A model generated the notes under the pieces. It saw only the letters and a program-made list of their open reading frames with translations. It searched no databases and was not told where the DNA came from. 64,000 nucleotides of DNA from a virus: the IMG/VR virus record IMGVR_UViG_3300042731_007944, positions 40,988 to 104,987 of that record; one strand, 5' to 3'. A program made the translations under genes and the position numbers. This document shows positions 37,449-47,855 of this stretch, in pieces (within the stretch, counting starts at the first letter, position 1; each line of letters opens with the position of its first letter).

Positions 37449-38183
37449 TTAGTTGATAAGACCGTATCCCCCTTTCATGTATTGATAGGTTTGCCTGATT
37501 TCTACGGCTGATCGAGTCGCCGTAGAAAGCCGAATGGTATCAAGAATCCCGTGAAACCGAAAGGTATATTGATCAAACCCTCCGATTTTCAGGACAGTCG
37601 TTCCTGTAAAACTTATAGCCTCGTCATAATAGGCCCAATTATCAAGGTTGCCATTCAGATAGATACCAAGATACGGACGCGCAAACCCTGCGGCAATATA
37701 GACCCATTCGCCTTCATAATCATTCATCGCAGTGGTCGTGCAGACTTTTCGTTCTCCCCCTGTAAGATGTATCGTAAAGCAAACATCGCCATCGGCTGAT
37801 GTTTCAAATTTCAGCCGCCAAGCATTATACACGCCTACAAGATAGGCGCTATTATCCGGAGGGCTTGTTTCCCAATCGGCTTGGCAGACGACTTCTACTG
37901 CTAACACATCATAATAGGCACTATTATATGGGGCTTCTCCATACGCTGATGTTCCATCATAAACTTTGCCGTTCCCAAAAAATGCTGTTGTTGAAGACGT
38001 ATTATACAATGTGGCATCATTAGCCGTTGTCGATTCATCGTCAATGGTACTTCCAGATTCTTCAAATCGCCATAAGCCAATTGTAGAGAAATCGGCAGAT
38101 AAATCACCATAGCCTCCGGCATAGCAGTGAAAAATACAATGAAGAAGAAAAAGAATGAGAAAGATTGTTCGCATATTATTCAC
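37449..38183 (-). CDS. LamG-like domain protein with signal-like N-terminus
   Basis: GLWRFEE, WVYIA, IYLNG, FHGILDTIR. Confidence 0.75.
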   Translation of the reverse strand: MNNMRTIFLILFLLHCIFHCYAGGYGDLSADFSTIGLWRFEESGSTIDDESTTANDATLYNTSSTTAFFGNGKVYDGTSAYGEAPYNSAYYDVLAVEVVCQADWETSPPDNSAYLVGVYNAWRLKFETSADGDVCFTIHLTGGERKVCTTTAMNDYEGEWVYIAAGFARPYLGIYLNGNLDNWAYYDEAISFTGTTVLKIGGFDQYTFRFHGILDTIRLSTATRSAVEIRQTYQYMKGGYGLIN

Positions 38184-38751
38184 TTACAGTAAAATAATGG
38201 CTTGGGAGCGATTGAAAATTATCATCATAGGCGACAACATAATTACTTCCTATTGGAATACTTGAAAATGTCCAGGTTCCACTATCAAGAATGCCAGTGA
38301 CAGATTGTTCGGTAAATGTGCCGCTAAGCCGTTGCCACAGAAGAATTGTTCGTTCTTCACCTGTTGGATCTTCATCGCATGTAATAGTTGAACTAACCTT
38401 ACTACAGCCTTGTGGCGGGAGATATTCAGGTGCAACTTGGGCATTTCCAAAATTGTATTCAATAATTTTTGATAAAATATCAGTATAGACTTGCTGATAA
38501 TAGATTTTCCCGAATTCAACCGCGACATAAAGCTTGAGCCAAATAGCCCATTCTTGCTGTGAATTTGATGCTTGATAACTATCATCTAAGCTGTTCATAT
38601 TCGTGAGCAATGTAGCAAGAATATCTGGGCTGCTATGGGCCGTAATGAGCCAAATGGTCTTATGCAATCCCGAGAGTTCGTCACCTGGTTCGGCCATTGT
38701 GAAAAATGGTAAAAGACTGAAAATCAACAAACTAAGCAGTAATTTTTTCAT
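38176..38751 (-). CDS. Hypothetical protein with signal peptide
   Basis: MKKLLLSLLIFSLLPFFTMA. Confidence 0.65.
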   Translation of the reverse strand: MKKLLLSLLIFSLLPFFTMAEPGDELSGLHKTIWLITAHSSPDILATLLTNMNSLDDSYQASNSQQEWAIWLKLYVAVEFGKIYYQQVYTDILSKIIEYNFGNAQVAPEYLPPQGCSKVSSTITCDEDPTGEERTILLWQRLSGTFTEQSVTGILDSGTWTFSSIPIGSNYVVAYDDNFQSLPSHYFTVSE

Positions 38752-38766
38752 AGGTAACTTCCTTTT

Positions 38767-41532
38767 TTATGGGTAAATAAATGAGAGTGTCACCGACAGA
38801 GTTTGCCCTGGCGTTGAACTTCCACATTGACTTGTTGAGACATGGATGGTTTCGCCAAATTCCACATCATAGTTACTCGTGTTGACGGTCACACCGCTAT
38901 CAAACTGAGAAGATGACCCGGCGCTAATTGAAATTTCTGAACTGAAGGCATCAGTGTCCTCGACTTCTACATTGAATTCCAAGGCACTGCCAGCCGGAGC
39001 CGTATCTTGTGCGATACCTGTGGCCCGAACAAGGTAGGCGGTATTTTCTTGATGATAGAGCACGAGTGAGAATGGATCAGCTACAGTACAATTACCAGGC
39101 ATGACAATATTTTTGGCACGCATTCTTGAACTATCGCCATATTGTAAGTAATCATCATAACTGGTACTAAACGCTACTCCATCAAGATCCACATTAATGG
39201 TAGCGCCAATATCTGAGCAGGCTACAGTAACACCATAATACCAGGTAGATTCATCAGCCGAATATCTGATCGGCGTGCCTGCTTGATAGTTTGTGCAATC
39301 ATCTACAGTGATGGTAATGGTATCATCATCTGATCGGGCAAATGTACTTTCAGCCGTCCAGAAAGAGGCACCACCACTAACAGATGAATCTACAGAATCT
39401 ACATCGCCATCATCGTCAGTGTCAAGTTGATGGAGATAATCATAAATCGCATTTTGAGATGCGCCGTTTGTCGTATCACCGTTCCAGCCAGAACTATAAA
39501 CATCATTTTCAATACTTGCAGAACCGGCTCCATCATCGGTATCCCATTCGGGAGCTGTAGCCGTCGCATTCATTTCTAGCACTTGTCCGGCTGTTCCTTT
39601 GGCTAATCGAATCCAATTTGAACCATTAAAATACAACACATCGCCTTGTGTTTCATTAGAAATACTGAGGCTCCCATTATTGTCTAAATTTGTTGCCGCA
39701 CCAAAGTCACCCGACTCTGGTATATCATCATCTGTACCGCCTGCGTTGTGAAAGTCGTTACTGAGAGCCGTCTGGACATCTACCAAACTTACATCGTCAT
39801 CTGAGAGTGCCCCATCACTGGTTGTAAACACTCCGACTCCGATTTGCGTTTCTAGTTCATTTTCGCTATCAAGTTCTGATTCATACAAGAGATTGGCAGT
39901 ATCAGACAAATCTGTCGAAACAGTTACATCGTCGGTACTGTCCATGTCGGCGTTCGGATATGTATCTAAGTCTAGGTAATTTTGTAAGGCATGGTTTCCC
40001 CATCCATAAGCAGTGTTATAGTTGGTGTGATTATATGTACTTTCATGAGTCGTAACGCCTGGATCAGATTCAATAGCCGAAATATCACCACTGGTAACAG
40101 TTCCAACCGTTGTAATACTCGCTTGCGTAAAATGTTCTGACGCACTAAAGTTTGTTAGAGCATCATGATCAATATTTGCTTCATTAATCGTTAATTCTAC
40201 ATCATGTGTGCCACTATCTAAAGAGATAGATAGCCGATCATTTTCACTTTTGATAGCATTGAACTGAAGGTCTACTCCACTTTTGGTATAATATAATGAT
40301 GTTCCGGTCCCCTGATTGCTGGCCGTATTTGCTTCACCACTTCCGACCCCGCCGACATTATCCACATCTTCCCATCCGGCTCCTGTGTATCGTCGTAAGC
40401 ATGGACCATCACCGACACAATTTGTGCCATCATCCAAATAAACGTCACCTATAGATGGTAAACTAGGGGTTGTACTACGTTCAGTAAGATTCAAAGGCGA
40501 TGTTGTGGCGCTATCTGAAATGGTAAGCGCCGGGGCCATTATATCGCCACCACTATTATGCACAAAATCGTCGTCAACATTTAACGTGTCATCTGAAAGC
40601 GTAAGGCTTGTTCCTCCGGCGAGATTTGTATCATCGGAAATATCTAATCCTGAAATAGTCGTCGTTGTATGATTGTGACTATCATTTGAAACGGAAGGTG
40701 ATGCTCCGATGCCGGAAAGATCACCACCCCAAGAAGTATTTGTCGTTAAGTCGTCTATGCTATTAGTATCGGTGTTTGGATAAGTATCTAGATCAAGATA
40801 GTTTTGTATTGCGTGATTGCCCCAGCCATAGGCAGTGTTATAGTTGGCGTGATTATAGGTGCTTTCATGGGTGGTCACCCCCGGATCGCTTTCAATGGCG
40901 GAGACATCCCCGCTTGCCACAGTGCCGACGGTCGTAATACTCGCCTGTGTGAAATGTTCTGACGCGCTGAAATTTGTCAGGGCATCATGGTCAATATTCG
41001 CCTCGTTGATGGTGAGTTCGACATCATGCGTCCCGGAATCCAGCGACACAGACAGGCGGTCATTTTCGCTTTTGATGGCGTTCAGTTGTAGGTCTACGCC
41101 GTCTTTCTGATACGCGAGGGATGCTCCTGTCCCGGCGCTGCTTATCGTATTGGCTTCCCCTGATCCGGAAATCCCAGAGGCGAGGTTTGCCATCGTGATC
41201 TTGTAATAGTCCGAGGATGACACATTGTAGACATGTAGTTCGTCGGCATTATCGATGGACGACAGGGCCGTTAAGGTATGAAATTGGCTGCCGGTACTGG
41301 CGTTGAGCTTCGTCTGGACCGCAGAAGACAATTTCGGCTCGGAGATCAGGCCGTCCGGAATATTGTCGAGATAGATCTGTGGCGCAGCCCGTGAAGACAG
41401 ATCTGCCAGGTCCTGGGGGATCGGGGGCATCCACACAAGAAACAATGCTATCCCTGCCAGGATAAACGCACAGAGACTGATGGAAAGGAATGCCGGATGT
41501 CGTATCATACAAAAAAACGGGGCGAGGCGCAA
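38767..41532 (-). CDS. Large acidic fibre-like protein with internal duplication
   Basis: Ser/Thr/Asp-rich; YNTAYGWGNHA and QGDVLYFNGSNWIRLAKGTAGQVL fibre-type motifs. Confidence 0.65.
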   Translation of the reverse strand: MRLAPFFCMIRHPAFLSISLCAFILAGIALFLVWMPPIPQDLADLSSRAAPQIYLDNIPDGLISEPKLSSAVQTKLNASTGSQFHTLTALSSIDNADELHVYNVSSSDYYKITMANLASGISGSGEANTISSAGTGASLAYQKDGVDLQLNAIKSENDRLSVSLDSGTHDVELTINEANIDHDALTNFSASEHFTQASITTVGTVASGDVSAIESDPGVTTHESTYNHANYNTAYGWGNHAIQNYLDLDTYPNTDTNSIDDLTTNTSWGGDLSGIGASPSVSNDSHNHTTTTISGLDISDDTNLAGGTSLTLSDDTLNVDDDFVHNSGGDIMAPALTISDSATTSPLNLTERSTTPSLPSIGDVYLDDGTNCVGDGPCLRRYTGAGWEDVDNVGGVGSGEANTASNQGTGTSLYYTKSGVDLQFNAIKSENDRLSISLDSGTHDVELTINEANIDHDALTNFSASEHFTQASITTVGTVTSGDISAIESDPGVTTHESTYNHTNYNTAYGWGNHALQNYLDLDTYPNADMDSTDDVTVSTDLSDTANLLYESELDSENELETQIGVGVFTTSDGALSDDDVSLVDVQTALSNDFHNAGGTDDDIPESGDFGAATNLDNNGSLSISNETQGDVLYFNGSNWIRLAKGTAGQVLEMNATATAPEWDTDDGAGSASIENDVYSSGWNGDTTNGASQNAIYDYLHQLDTDDDGDVDSVDSSVSGGASFWTAESTFARSDDDTITITVDDCTNYQAGTPIRYSADESTWYYGVTVACSDIGATINVDLDGVAFSTSYDDYLQYGDSSRMRAKNIVMPGNCTVADPFSLVLYHQENTAYLVRATGIAQDTAPAGSALEFNVEVEDTDAFSSEISISAGSSSQFDSGVTVNTSNYDVEFGETIHVSTSQCGSSTPGQTLSVTLSFIYP
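39922..41166 (-). repeat. Intragenic duplication: 40744-41166 and 39922-40344 (offset 822 nt)
   Basis: Near-identical peptide GSGEANT...DD(L/V)T. Confidence 0.9.
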
Positions 41533-41544
41533 GGCCCTGCCCCG
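41511..41544 (-). terminator. Intrinsic terminator after the capsid gene
   Basis: CGGGGC...GCCCCG followed by a T run. Confidence 0.6.
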
Positions 41545-41573
41545 TGAGTGTTTCAGGTTTCAGAAAGACCAGA

Positions 41574-42608
41574 TTACGACGTGGTTGGCGTGGTTGATCC
41601 GATACAATCCTGGATCAGGCACGCGCAATCAAGCGCCACCAGTTTTTCAGTAACCCAGTTTTCCACCTCAACCCAGAGACCACCGCCACCGGTTTCGAGA
41701 TCTTCATACGTGCGTGCCCGCCAGCCCTGTTGGGCTCCAGGCACTTGAATCGTCTGCGATCCCTTCGGCGAAAGTTCCGGAGTGTAGATAAAGGTCGAGC
41801 CGAGTTGCGTGGCATCACGGCTTGGCGATTTGGCCCGATAGAAGACCAACATGTGGCGTCCCCAGATATACTCATAGGACCCGGTTGAGCGCTTGGAGGT
41901 GCCGTCGTACTTCGCGCCACCCACCAGAATCTCATCCGCTTCGATCAGTTCCGCCACCACGCGCTTCAACACCGCCGCCGGCATCTCAGTGGTCGCCCCA
42001 CCGGACACCCGCGCTAACACATCAGGATGGTGTTTGATAATCTGCCACGATTCCGGGTTAATCAAAACCACCAAGTCAGCATTCGGCGGACGATAGCACT
42101 TCGCAATTGCGGCCTCAATGATCGGAAAAAAGGTTCCTGCACCAGAGGCATACTGATCGAGTTGATAGCCATCAGAGGTTCCTCCGGCAGTTAAGGTCAT
42201 TTTCTGGGCGGTCGGATAGGTCGCCGCAGCAAAAATTTGCTCGGCGATCCGGACTTCCTGATCGAGCAACACGGTATTCACACAGGCGTCCGCCTTGCCC
42301 ATTTGATCGCGCACTGGAGGTTCGGCGTTGTCATAATCGACATACGGCATGAACTCCCGCCAGGCGAACCCTTCACAGGAGAAGGTTTCCCGATTGACCT
42401 TAGTATCGGAATGGCCCGCCTTTGATAGATGTCCCCGGCGGGTATCTTCCCGTTTGAACCTGTTCTTTTTATCGAAGACGGTATATTTGCCTTCGAGCTT
42501 AAAATGCGGGACATAGGGCAGCGCCCGCGTTCCCACCACGGCATCATTCTCATATTTGACCACGTAATCGGTCAACACAGGGCTGTTATATGTTTCACCT
42601 ACTAACAT
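41574..42608 (-). CDS. Major capsid protein
   Basis: 344 aa after protease and decoration genes; LLDQEVRIA, IKHHPDVL, YIWG. Confidence 0.85.
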   Translation of the reverse strand: MLVGETYNSPVLTDYVVKYENDAVVGTRALPYVPHFKLEGKYTVFDKKNRFKREDTRRGHLSKAGHSDTKVNRETFSCEGFAWREFMPYVDYDNAEPPVRDQMGKADACVNTVLLDQEVRIAEQIFAAATYPTAQKMTLTAGGTSDGYQLDQYASGAGTFFPIIEAAIAKCYRPPNADLVVLINPESWQIIKHHPDVLARVSGGATTEMPAAVLKRVVAELIEADEILVGGAKYDGTSKRSTGSYEYIWGRHMLVFYRAKSPSRDATQLGSTFIYTPELSPKGSQTIQVPGAQQGWRARTYEDLETGGGGLWVEVENWVTEKLVALDCACLIQDCIGSTTPTTS

Positions 42609-42620
42609 TGCTGAGCCTCC

Positions 42621-43046
42621 TTAGCCCTGATAGACGCTATGGGCGATCTTCATAAATCCCCACTCGTCTGCACTGGCACTGGATTCGGTCGCAAAGCCGA
42701 ACATTTCAACATTATCACCGGCGCTAATGGACGCTTCGCCCGTGGGGGCTAAGTTTCCATTCGTATCATACACAACCATTTTATCGCCGGGGCTTACAGT
42801 GTACCCGGTCGCCTTGTTGAAGCGAATGACCCGGCCTTCTTCAAAGGCAAGGTCGGCGTACTCGCCAGCCGCATAGCCATCCGCGTCGGCGGTATTGGCT
42901 TTTGGCAGCAAGATGCCTGCGATATTCCCCGCTTTGGCGGCACCGGGCAGATCTACCTTGCGATCAGCAGATCCCCAGACCACCGTGTCGTAAAATCTCG
43001 CAGCGCTTTCAACTTCGACCGTCATCGGTCCTGACATCGCTTGCAT
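42621..43046 (-). CDS. Putative capsid decoration protein
   Basis: Small Gly/Ala-rich protein between scaffold and capsid. Confidence 0.6.
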   Translation of the reverse strand: MQAMSGPMTVEVESAARFYDTVVWGSADRKVDLPGAAKAGNIAGILLPKANTADADGYAAGEYADLAFEEGRVIRFNKATGYTVSPGDKMVVYDTNGNLAPTGEASISAGDNVEMFGFATESSASADEWGFMKIAHSVYQG

Positions 43047-43049
43047 GGA

Positions 43050-44591
43050 CTACGCTCCTTGGTTGGTGGGGAATAACTCAGGGTGTTCGGTTGCGACGAG
43101 CTTGAGCGCGTCGGTGTCCGACAGCTTCGGATTCCCTTGTTGTTTGTCTTTGGCTAACGCCTCACGTTTGGCTTTGAGTTTGGCGTTATCTTCGCGTGTT
43201 GGCTCCTTTGCGTCAGGGGCCAACGGTTCTGTCGGCACTCGGGCAAACTTGGCGGCTTCTGCGAGCAGCATCTGTGCCCAAGTCTGTTGGGACACCGTGT
43301 CACCGGTTCCCAGGGTGATGGTTGGCTCCTGACTCAACGTCAACAGCCCATCCACAACGTTCAATTCATCAAACGACGCCGGCAGGTGTCCGGCCTGAAG
43401 ATCAGTGTAAAAAATCTCAACCTGATGTCGCCGGTCTTTTGCCTGCATCTGGGCGGCATGTGTGGCTTCCAGATCAGCCTTTTCCTGATCGAAGGCTTCG
43501 CGCTGGGTTTGTAATGCCTGTGCAACCGCATCTTTGATCGCCGCGTTCAGTTCAGGGGTGACGGCGCTGGTGCTGACGTTTTCTACGTCCTGCGTCTCTT
43601 CAGTGAGTTCGGTCTCCGGGGCTTCGTCCGGAGCGTCGTCACTGGCACGATCAGCAGGGGCGTCAATGGTATCGTCCGAGTCCGGGGTGTCCTGTTTCAG
43701 GGTCTCTTGAGAGTCTTCAACAGGGGTGTCTTTCCCTTCTTCCGGAGCGTCCACCACGTCGTCAACGGCCTGATCTTCCGCGTCCATGGCTTGTGTCTTT
43801 TTGCGTGGCATAGGTGGTTTCTCCTTATGCTCAGGGTTATCAGAGAGGGAGACCATCGCCTTTCGGTCAGGCAATGACCACCCGGCGGACGAAAACGACG
43901 CCGCCAGATCAGCGCGGGTGTCGTCTTCGAGGGTGTCAGCGGGTTGCGCCAGAGGGTCAGCGCCCGCAATCACAATAGAGGTTTCGAGGTAGCGGCGGAT
44001 ATGGGTGGCGATGAAGCGCACGATCTGCCCATCCACTTCCGTGCCCATCGCCTCATAGAACGACCAATCATCGAGGGTTGGATGGGATTTCTCGTAATCG
44101 AACCAGACACGAACCGAAGAGCCTTTAATATAGCCTTGTTCGACCCCTCGCACGACGATGCGGTGCGGGTGTTCCGGGGGAAGTTGGGGCTTTTTATCAA
44201 GCTTATAGATCGCATCAATGCCGGACACGGGCACGCCGTTGATGTCATCCGTCCAAAAGGCGTCATCCACGATCCCGATATATTCAGCCGCGGAAAACCG
44301 ATGATCAGACATGACCGTGACATCTTTCAGCAGCGGGGCGCTCGGTTTCAGGACGCCCTCTTTCGAGAAATCCGTAACGACCATCCCGAAAAAGCCTTCT
44401 TGCCAAACCAGGGCCTGCGAGAGGGCGCGATAGTGTAACTTCAGGAATTCTGAGGTTTCCTCAAGGACGCGTGGGGCCTGGAGCGTGGCGCGATGCTGAG
44501 GCTGTGCGGCCAGCGAAAAGGAGACCGGAGAAATCCGGCCTTCAATAGTTCCGTCGTCATACACGCTGAACAGCGGGCGTGTCGTAGTCAT
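43050..44591 (-). CDS. Prohead protease/scaffold
   Basis: VMSDH, IG.V, GSSV, ETSIVIAGAD; acidic linker and coiled C-terminus. Confidence 0.75.
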   Translation of the reverse strand: MTTTRPLFSVYDDGTIEGRISPVSFSLAAQPQHRATLQAPRVLEETSEFLKLHYRALSQALVWQEGFFGMVVTDFSKEGVLKPSAPLLKDVTVMSDHRFSAAEYIGIVDDAFWTDDINGVPVSGIDAIYKLDKKPQLPPEHPHRIVVRGVEQGYIKGSSVRVWFDYEKSHPTLDDWSFYEAMGTEVDGQIVRFIATHIRRYLETSIVIAGADPLAQPADTLEDDTRADLAASFSSAGWSLPDRKAMVSLSDNPEHKEKPPMPRKKTQAMDAEDQAVDDVVDAPEEGKDTPVEDSQETLKQDTPDSDDTIDAPADRASDDAPDEAPETELTEETQDVENVSTSAVTPELNAAIKDAVAQALQTQREAFDQEKADLEATHAAQMQAKDRRHQVEIFYTDLQAGHLPASFDELNVVDGLLTLSQEPTITLGTGDTVSQQTWAQMLLAEAAKFARVPTEPLAPDAKEPTREDNAKLKAKREALAKDKQQGNPKLSDTDALKLVATEHPELFPTNQGA

Positions 44592-44890
44592 GCGTTCAAC
44601 AGGCGTCCGTGTTGGCCTGTTCGACGCGGGGCGTTGACCGCCTGCCATCGTGCGAGCATGTCGTTGTGCTTCTGGTGGTCTCGCGTGGGTTGTTGTGTCT
44701 TCTCCTCGTCAATTTTCTTCATTGTTACAGGCACAAAAAAAGGGAGAATCGCCAAACGCAGGCAACACGGGAGCCCGCGCTTTTGAATTCTCCCTTTCAC
44801 GTCCAATCTGATCGCCCCCGTCAGGACTCTCAGAGGATTGTGCCAATTCTTAGTACAATACTGTTAAAAAGATCGTATGTTGTTCCTCTT

Positions 44891-44934
44891 AGTATGGGCT
44901 AACATTTCCTATCTTGTCAAGTGAAAAATTTCAT
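44891..44934 (-). promoter_or_regulatory. Sigma70-type promoter plus operator for head genes
   Basis: TTGACA-18-CATACT; GTGAAAAATTTCAT abuts -35. Confidence 0.55.
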
Positions 44935-44940
44935 TAAATG

Positions 44941-46275
44941 TTACTCGTGTTCTGTCTCGGCCTGATTGTCAGGCGAAGACGCCTGTAATAAAAATTGCGA
45001 AATATCCCCGGTCAACCGAATTTGGCAGCGTGGCGGGCGTGTGCCTGCCGGGAAATTATAAAATGTCATCCAGGCCAGGGTCTGTGTGCTGTGGACCCAA
45101 TTCACCAGCTTGATTAAGCGCCGGATCTTCCAGCGAAAATTTGGTTTCGCCGTGGCTGCTGCCAGTGCCAGCGACCCGTTATCTCCTTCTTCCAGGGCCA
45201 GGGCCGAGCCTAAGAGCACTTTGGAGGTGTAGCGGTTATTGCGCCGGATCGTGACGTCATATTCCGAGGAGCCTCCTCGCCGGGACGTTTCCATGAACTG
45301 CACGTCTTCAATGTGGCCTTTTTCGTCCTGGTTCAATGTCATCGACTGCCCGCGCTGGAGCTTTTCGAGCATAACCAGGAGATCGTCAGTAGACATCCCT
45401 TCTCGTCTCGTATCCGTCCAGCCAACCACTGTGGGCATCCCAAACCGTTCCTCGGAGATCGCGCACATACTTTCGGAGTTCCATTTCAGGTCCGTGGCAA
45501 ACGAGAGGCTGTGCAGAATGCTTTGGCCGTGGTAGTTCTCATATTTCGGGTGAAACGAGGCGAGCACAACTTTATTGGACGGCACGGGGATCGTACCCTC
45601 TAGCGAACCGAGCCATTCTTTCATCCAGAGCTTATTGTTGTCGTCAAAGGTGAAAAACTCCGGATAGCGCCAGAGGAAATCATTGATGCCCCATTTCCCT
45701 TTCCAGGGACCGTCAGGAATTTTCTGCCACTCAAGTTCCAGACACGCCTTGCCATCTTCAATACAGGAGAGGGTTTCTTCGACGACTCGTCCAAAATCGC
45801 GTCCGGTGATGTCGCTATCTTCCTTGCGATTACGCCCCAAAAATTCGTCAAGGGTATAACGGGCGAACTCCGTGGCTTTCAGTTCCATTGGGGTCGGATC
45901 TTTGGGCGGCACGATTTGCGGGGCGCTGACCTCCACGGTTTGCGCCAGAACTTTCGCTTGAAGCTGTGGTGGCAGATGGCTAATGCTCGCCAGTAGATCC
46001 TCCCATTCTTCAGCAGACGGGATTTGTCCGGCGGCGGAATTCCAACAGGAGGACACAGCGGCGTACAGCAGATCGAGGGAGGCGAAGACTTGCGGATCGG
46101 CAGCGATCTTTTTATACCAACGCAACCCGCGCTGCCGGATCAATTCATCCGGATTTTGAGAGGACGCGAGCAGGTAGCCGCCGGGTGTGTAGCGGCTGAC
46201 CCGGCCTACCATGCGCATGGTGGGTGTCGAAAGCGCGAACTTGCGCCCGGTATGATCATAGAGTGTAACGCTCAA
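44941..46275 (-). CDS. Portal protein (Mu gp29/DUF935-like)
   Basis: ERFGMP.VVG, SKVLLG, GSLALA; position. Confidence 0.8.
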   Translation of the reverse strand: MSVTLYDHTGRKFALSTPTMRMVGRVSRYTPGGYLLASSQNPDELIRQRGLRWYKKIAADPQVFASLDLLYAAVSSCWNSAAGQIPSAEEWEDLLASISHLPPQLQAKVLAQTVEVSAPQIVPPKDPTPMELKATEFARYTLDEFLGRNRKEDSDITGRDFGRVVEETLSCIEDGKACLELEWQKIPDGPWKGKWGINDFLWRYPEFFTFDDNNKLWMKEWLGSLEGTIPVPSNKVVLASFHPKYENYHGQSILHSLSFATDLKWNSESMCAISEERFGMPTVVGWTDTRREGMSTDDLLVMLEKLQRGQSMTLNQDEKGHIEDVQFMETSRRGGSSEYDVTIRRNNRYTSKVLLGSALALEEGDNGSLALAAATAKPNFRWKIRRLIKLVNWVHSTQTLAWMTFYNFPAGTRPPRCQIRLTGDISQFLLQASSPDNQAETEHE

Positions 46276-46322
46276 CAGAAAAACAGACGCCCGTGTTTGC
46301 GTCCGGTGATGTTCTGTGAGGA

Positions 46323-46365
46323 AGTGTACCGAAGGCTGGGAAATAAGTCAAGTGAAATTTTTTAC
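46323..46365 (-). promoter_or_regulatory. Sigma70-type promoter plus operator for portal
   Basis: TTGACT-17-TACACT; GTGAAATTTTTTAC abuts -35. Confidence 0.6.
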
Positions 46366-46895
46366 AACGGTTCTAACCACGGCCAGAAGGCGTCTTTCTC
46401 AGACAGGATCGGCGTCGCGATCGGCCACGTAATCTTGAGCGCCGGATCATCCCAGCGAATGCCGCGCTCCGCAGGAAAACAATACTCCGCCGTCACCTTA
46501 TACAACACCACCGCATCTTGACTCAGCACGCAATAGCCATGCGCAAAGCCGGGCGGAAGATAGAGCAACGTGCCTGCGTAATCGGACAACGTGACACCGA
46601 TCCACTCCCGGAAGGTGGGCGAGTCCGGCCTGAGATCGACGGCCACGTCAAAGATTTCACCATGCACGGCGGTCACAAGCTTGCCCTGGGCATACGGGGC
46701 TTCTTGATAATGTAGGCCCCGCAGGACACGGGCTTTCGAGTAGACGCAATTATCCTGGATGAAGGGCTCAGGAATCTGCTGTTGAAAGGTTTTCGCGCGA
46801 TAGGACACGCAGAACGCGCCGCGTGTGTCGGTGTAGACGTCAGGTGTAATGCGCAAGACGTCTGGAAGATCGGTGGGGTGAATCAGATACGCCAT
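46362..46895 (-). CDS. rfbC: dTDP-4-dehydrorhamnose 3,5-epimerase
   Basis: DTRGAF, LRGLHYQ, QGKLV, DVAVDLRPDSPTF, GFAHGY. Confidence 0.95.
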   Translation of the reverse strand: MAYLIHPTDLPDVLRITPDVYTDTRGAFCVSYRAKTFQQQIPEPFIQDNCVYSKARVLRGLHYQEAPYAQGKLVTAVHGEIFDVAVDLRPDSPTFREWIGVTLSDYAGTLLYLPPGFAHGYCVLSQDAVVLYKVTAEYCFPAERGIRWDDPALKITWPIATPILSEKDAFWPWLEPL

Positions 46896-46904
46896 TGTTC
46901 ACCC

Positions 46905-47855
46905 TCACCTCACAAGCAGCGTCCACACCCACATCGCCTCTCGCAGTCGGTCCCAATACTCACCTTCAGGCAAGGCAAGCGACAAGTGGTGATAGCACCC
47001 GGCGACGGTGTTTCCGGTCAGGACAACATCGTCAAGCGTCTTCCAGAGCGTGTCATTGATCGGCAGGCCCGGCGTTTCCTTCTCAAGATTCTTCCAGACG
47101 TTTGAGGCGCGGGCGTGCTGGACAAACGGACGCCCGTAGGTCATCGAAAAGCGCAGGTGGTCAAGAATGCGTTTCACAAACAGTCCACACCAGATGTCTC
47201 CGAATCGGTCAAACGGGTATGCCTGCCCCATAAGCAAAAAATACATGGCCGGCAGCATCTTCACGCGAAACGCCAAATTCATCCCACAGACCGGAAAGTA
47301 TGTCCCGATCGGAGCCGTGCCTTCGCGGAGGCTTGTGAATTGAGGAGTGCGTTGATCGGTGAGTTGTGTAGGCGCGTCAAGATCGAGCACGCCTTTCCAG
47401 AGACCAAGATTGACCATGACCGGGTGTTCGCGGTCTCGCTGAAAATACGGGATGCCCCGCACGTCGATCCCGTCAACTGTGGATTGCCACGCGGGATCGT
47501 GACCAGAGGAGAGGAGCCGGTCAGCGTGCAGGGCAAAAAATTTATCAGGCGGTGTGTCGTCTGTCGGAAAGCAGTCATCGTCCAGGGTAACAATAATATC
47601 CGCCCCAGCTTGCGCCGCTTTCAAAAACCCATAGCTACGGATACAATCAGAGCGCCGGGGAATAATCCAGGCATATTCTTGGAGATCCCGATCAATGTCA
47701 TTCCAGGCGTACTGCGTGACACCGGACAAACGAAAGGTCTTTTCCGGGTTGTCCTCTACGACAATCGTCTGTGGCAAGCCGTCACGCCAGGCGTCGAGAA
47801 AGCGCGTGATACAGTTTTCGCGGATCGTGGGGACAACGAGGATAATTTTATCCAT
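46905..47855 (-). CDS. RGP/GT75-like protein (UDP-arabinopyranose mutase family)
   Basis: VVPTIR, SDCIRSYGF, LDDDC, RGIPY, CGMNLAF, RFGDIWCG. Confidence 0.8.
   Translation of the reverse strand: MDKIILVVPTIRENCITRFLDAWRDGLPQTIVVEDNPEKTFRLSGVTQYAWNDIDRDLQEYAWIIPRRSDCIRSYGFLKAAQAGADIIVTLDDDCFPTDDTPPDKFFALHADRLLSSGHDPAWQSTVDGIDVRGIPYFQRDREHPVMVNLGLWKGVLDLDAPTQLTDQRTPQFTSLREGTAPIGTYFPVCGMNLAFRVKMLPAMYFLLMGQAYPFDRFGDIWCGLFVKRILDHLRFSMTYGRPFVQHARASNVWKNLEKETPGLPINDTLWKTLDDVVLTGNTVAGCYHHLSLALPEGEYWDRLREAMWVWTLLVR

Noticed and set aside
39922-41166. DGR template/variable repeat pair
   Set aside because: Both copies are in frame, differences are mostly synonymous rather than adenine-specific, and no reverse transcriptase is present
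33025-46275. Transposable Mu-like phage
   Set aside because: Head genes are Mu-like, but no MuA/MuB is seen and the element has Rep, Par and a tyrosine recombinase
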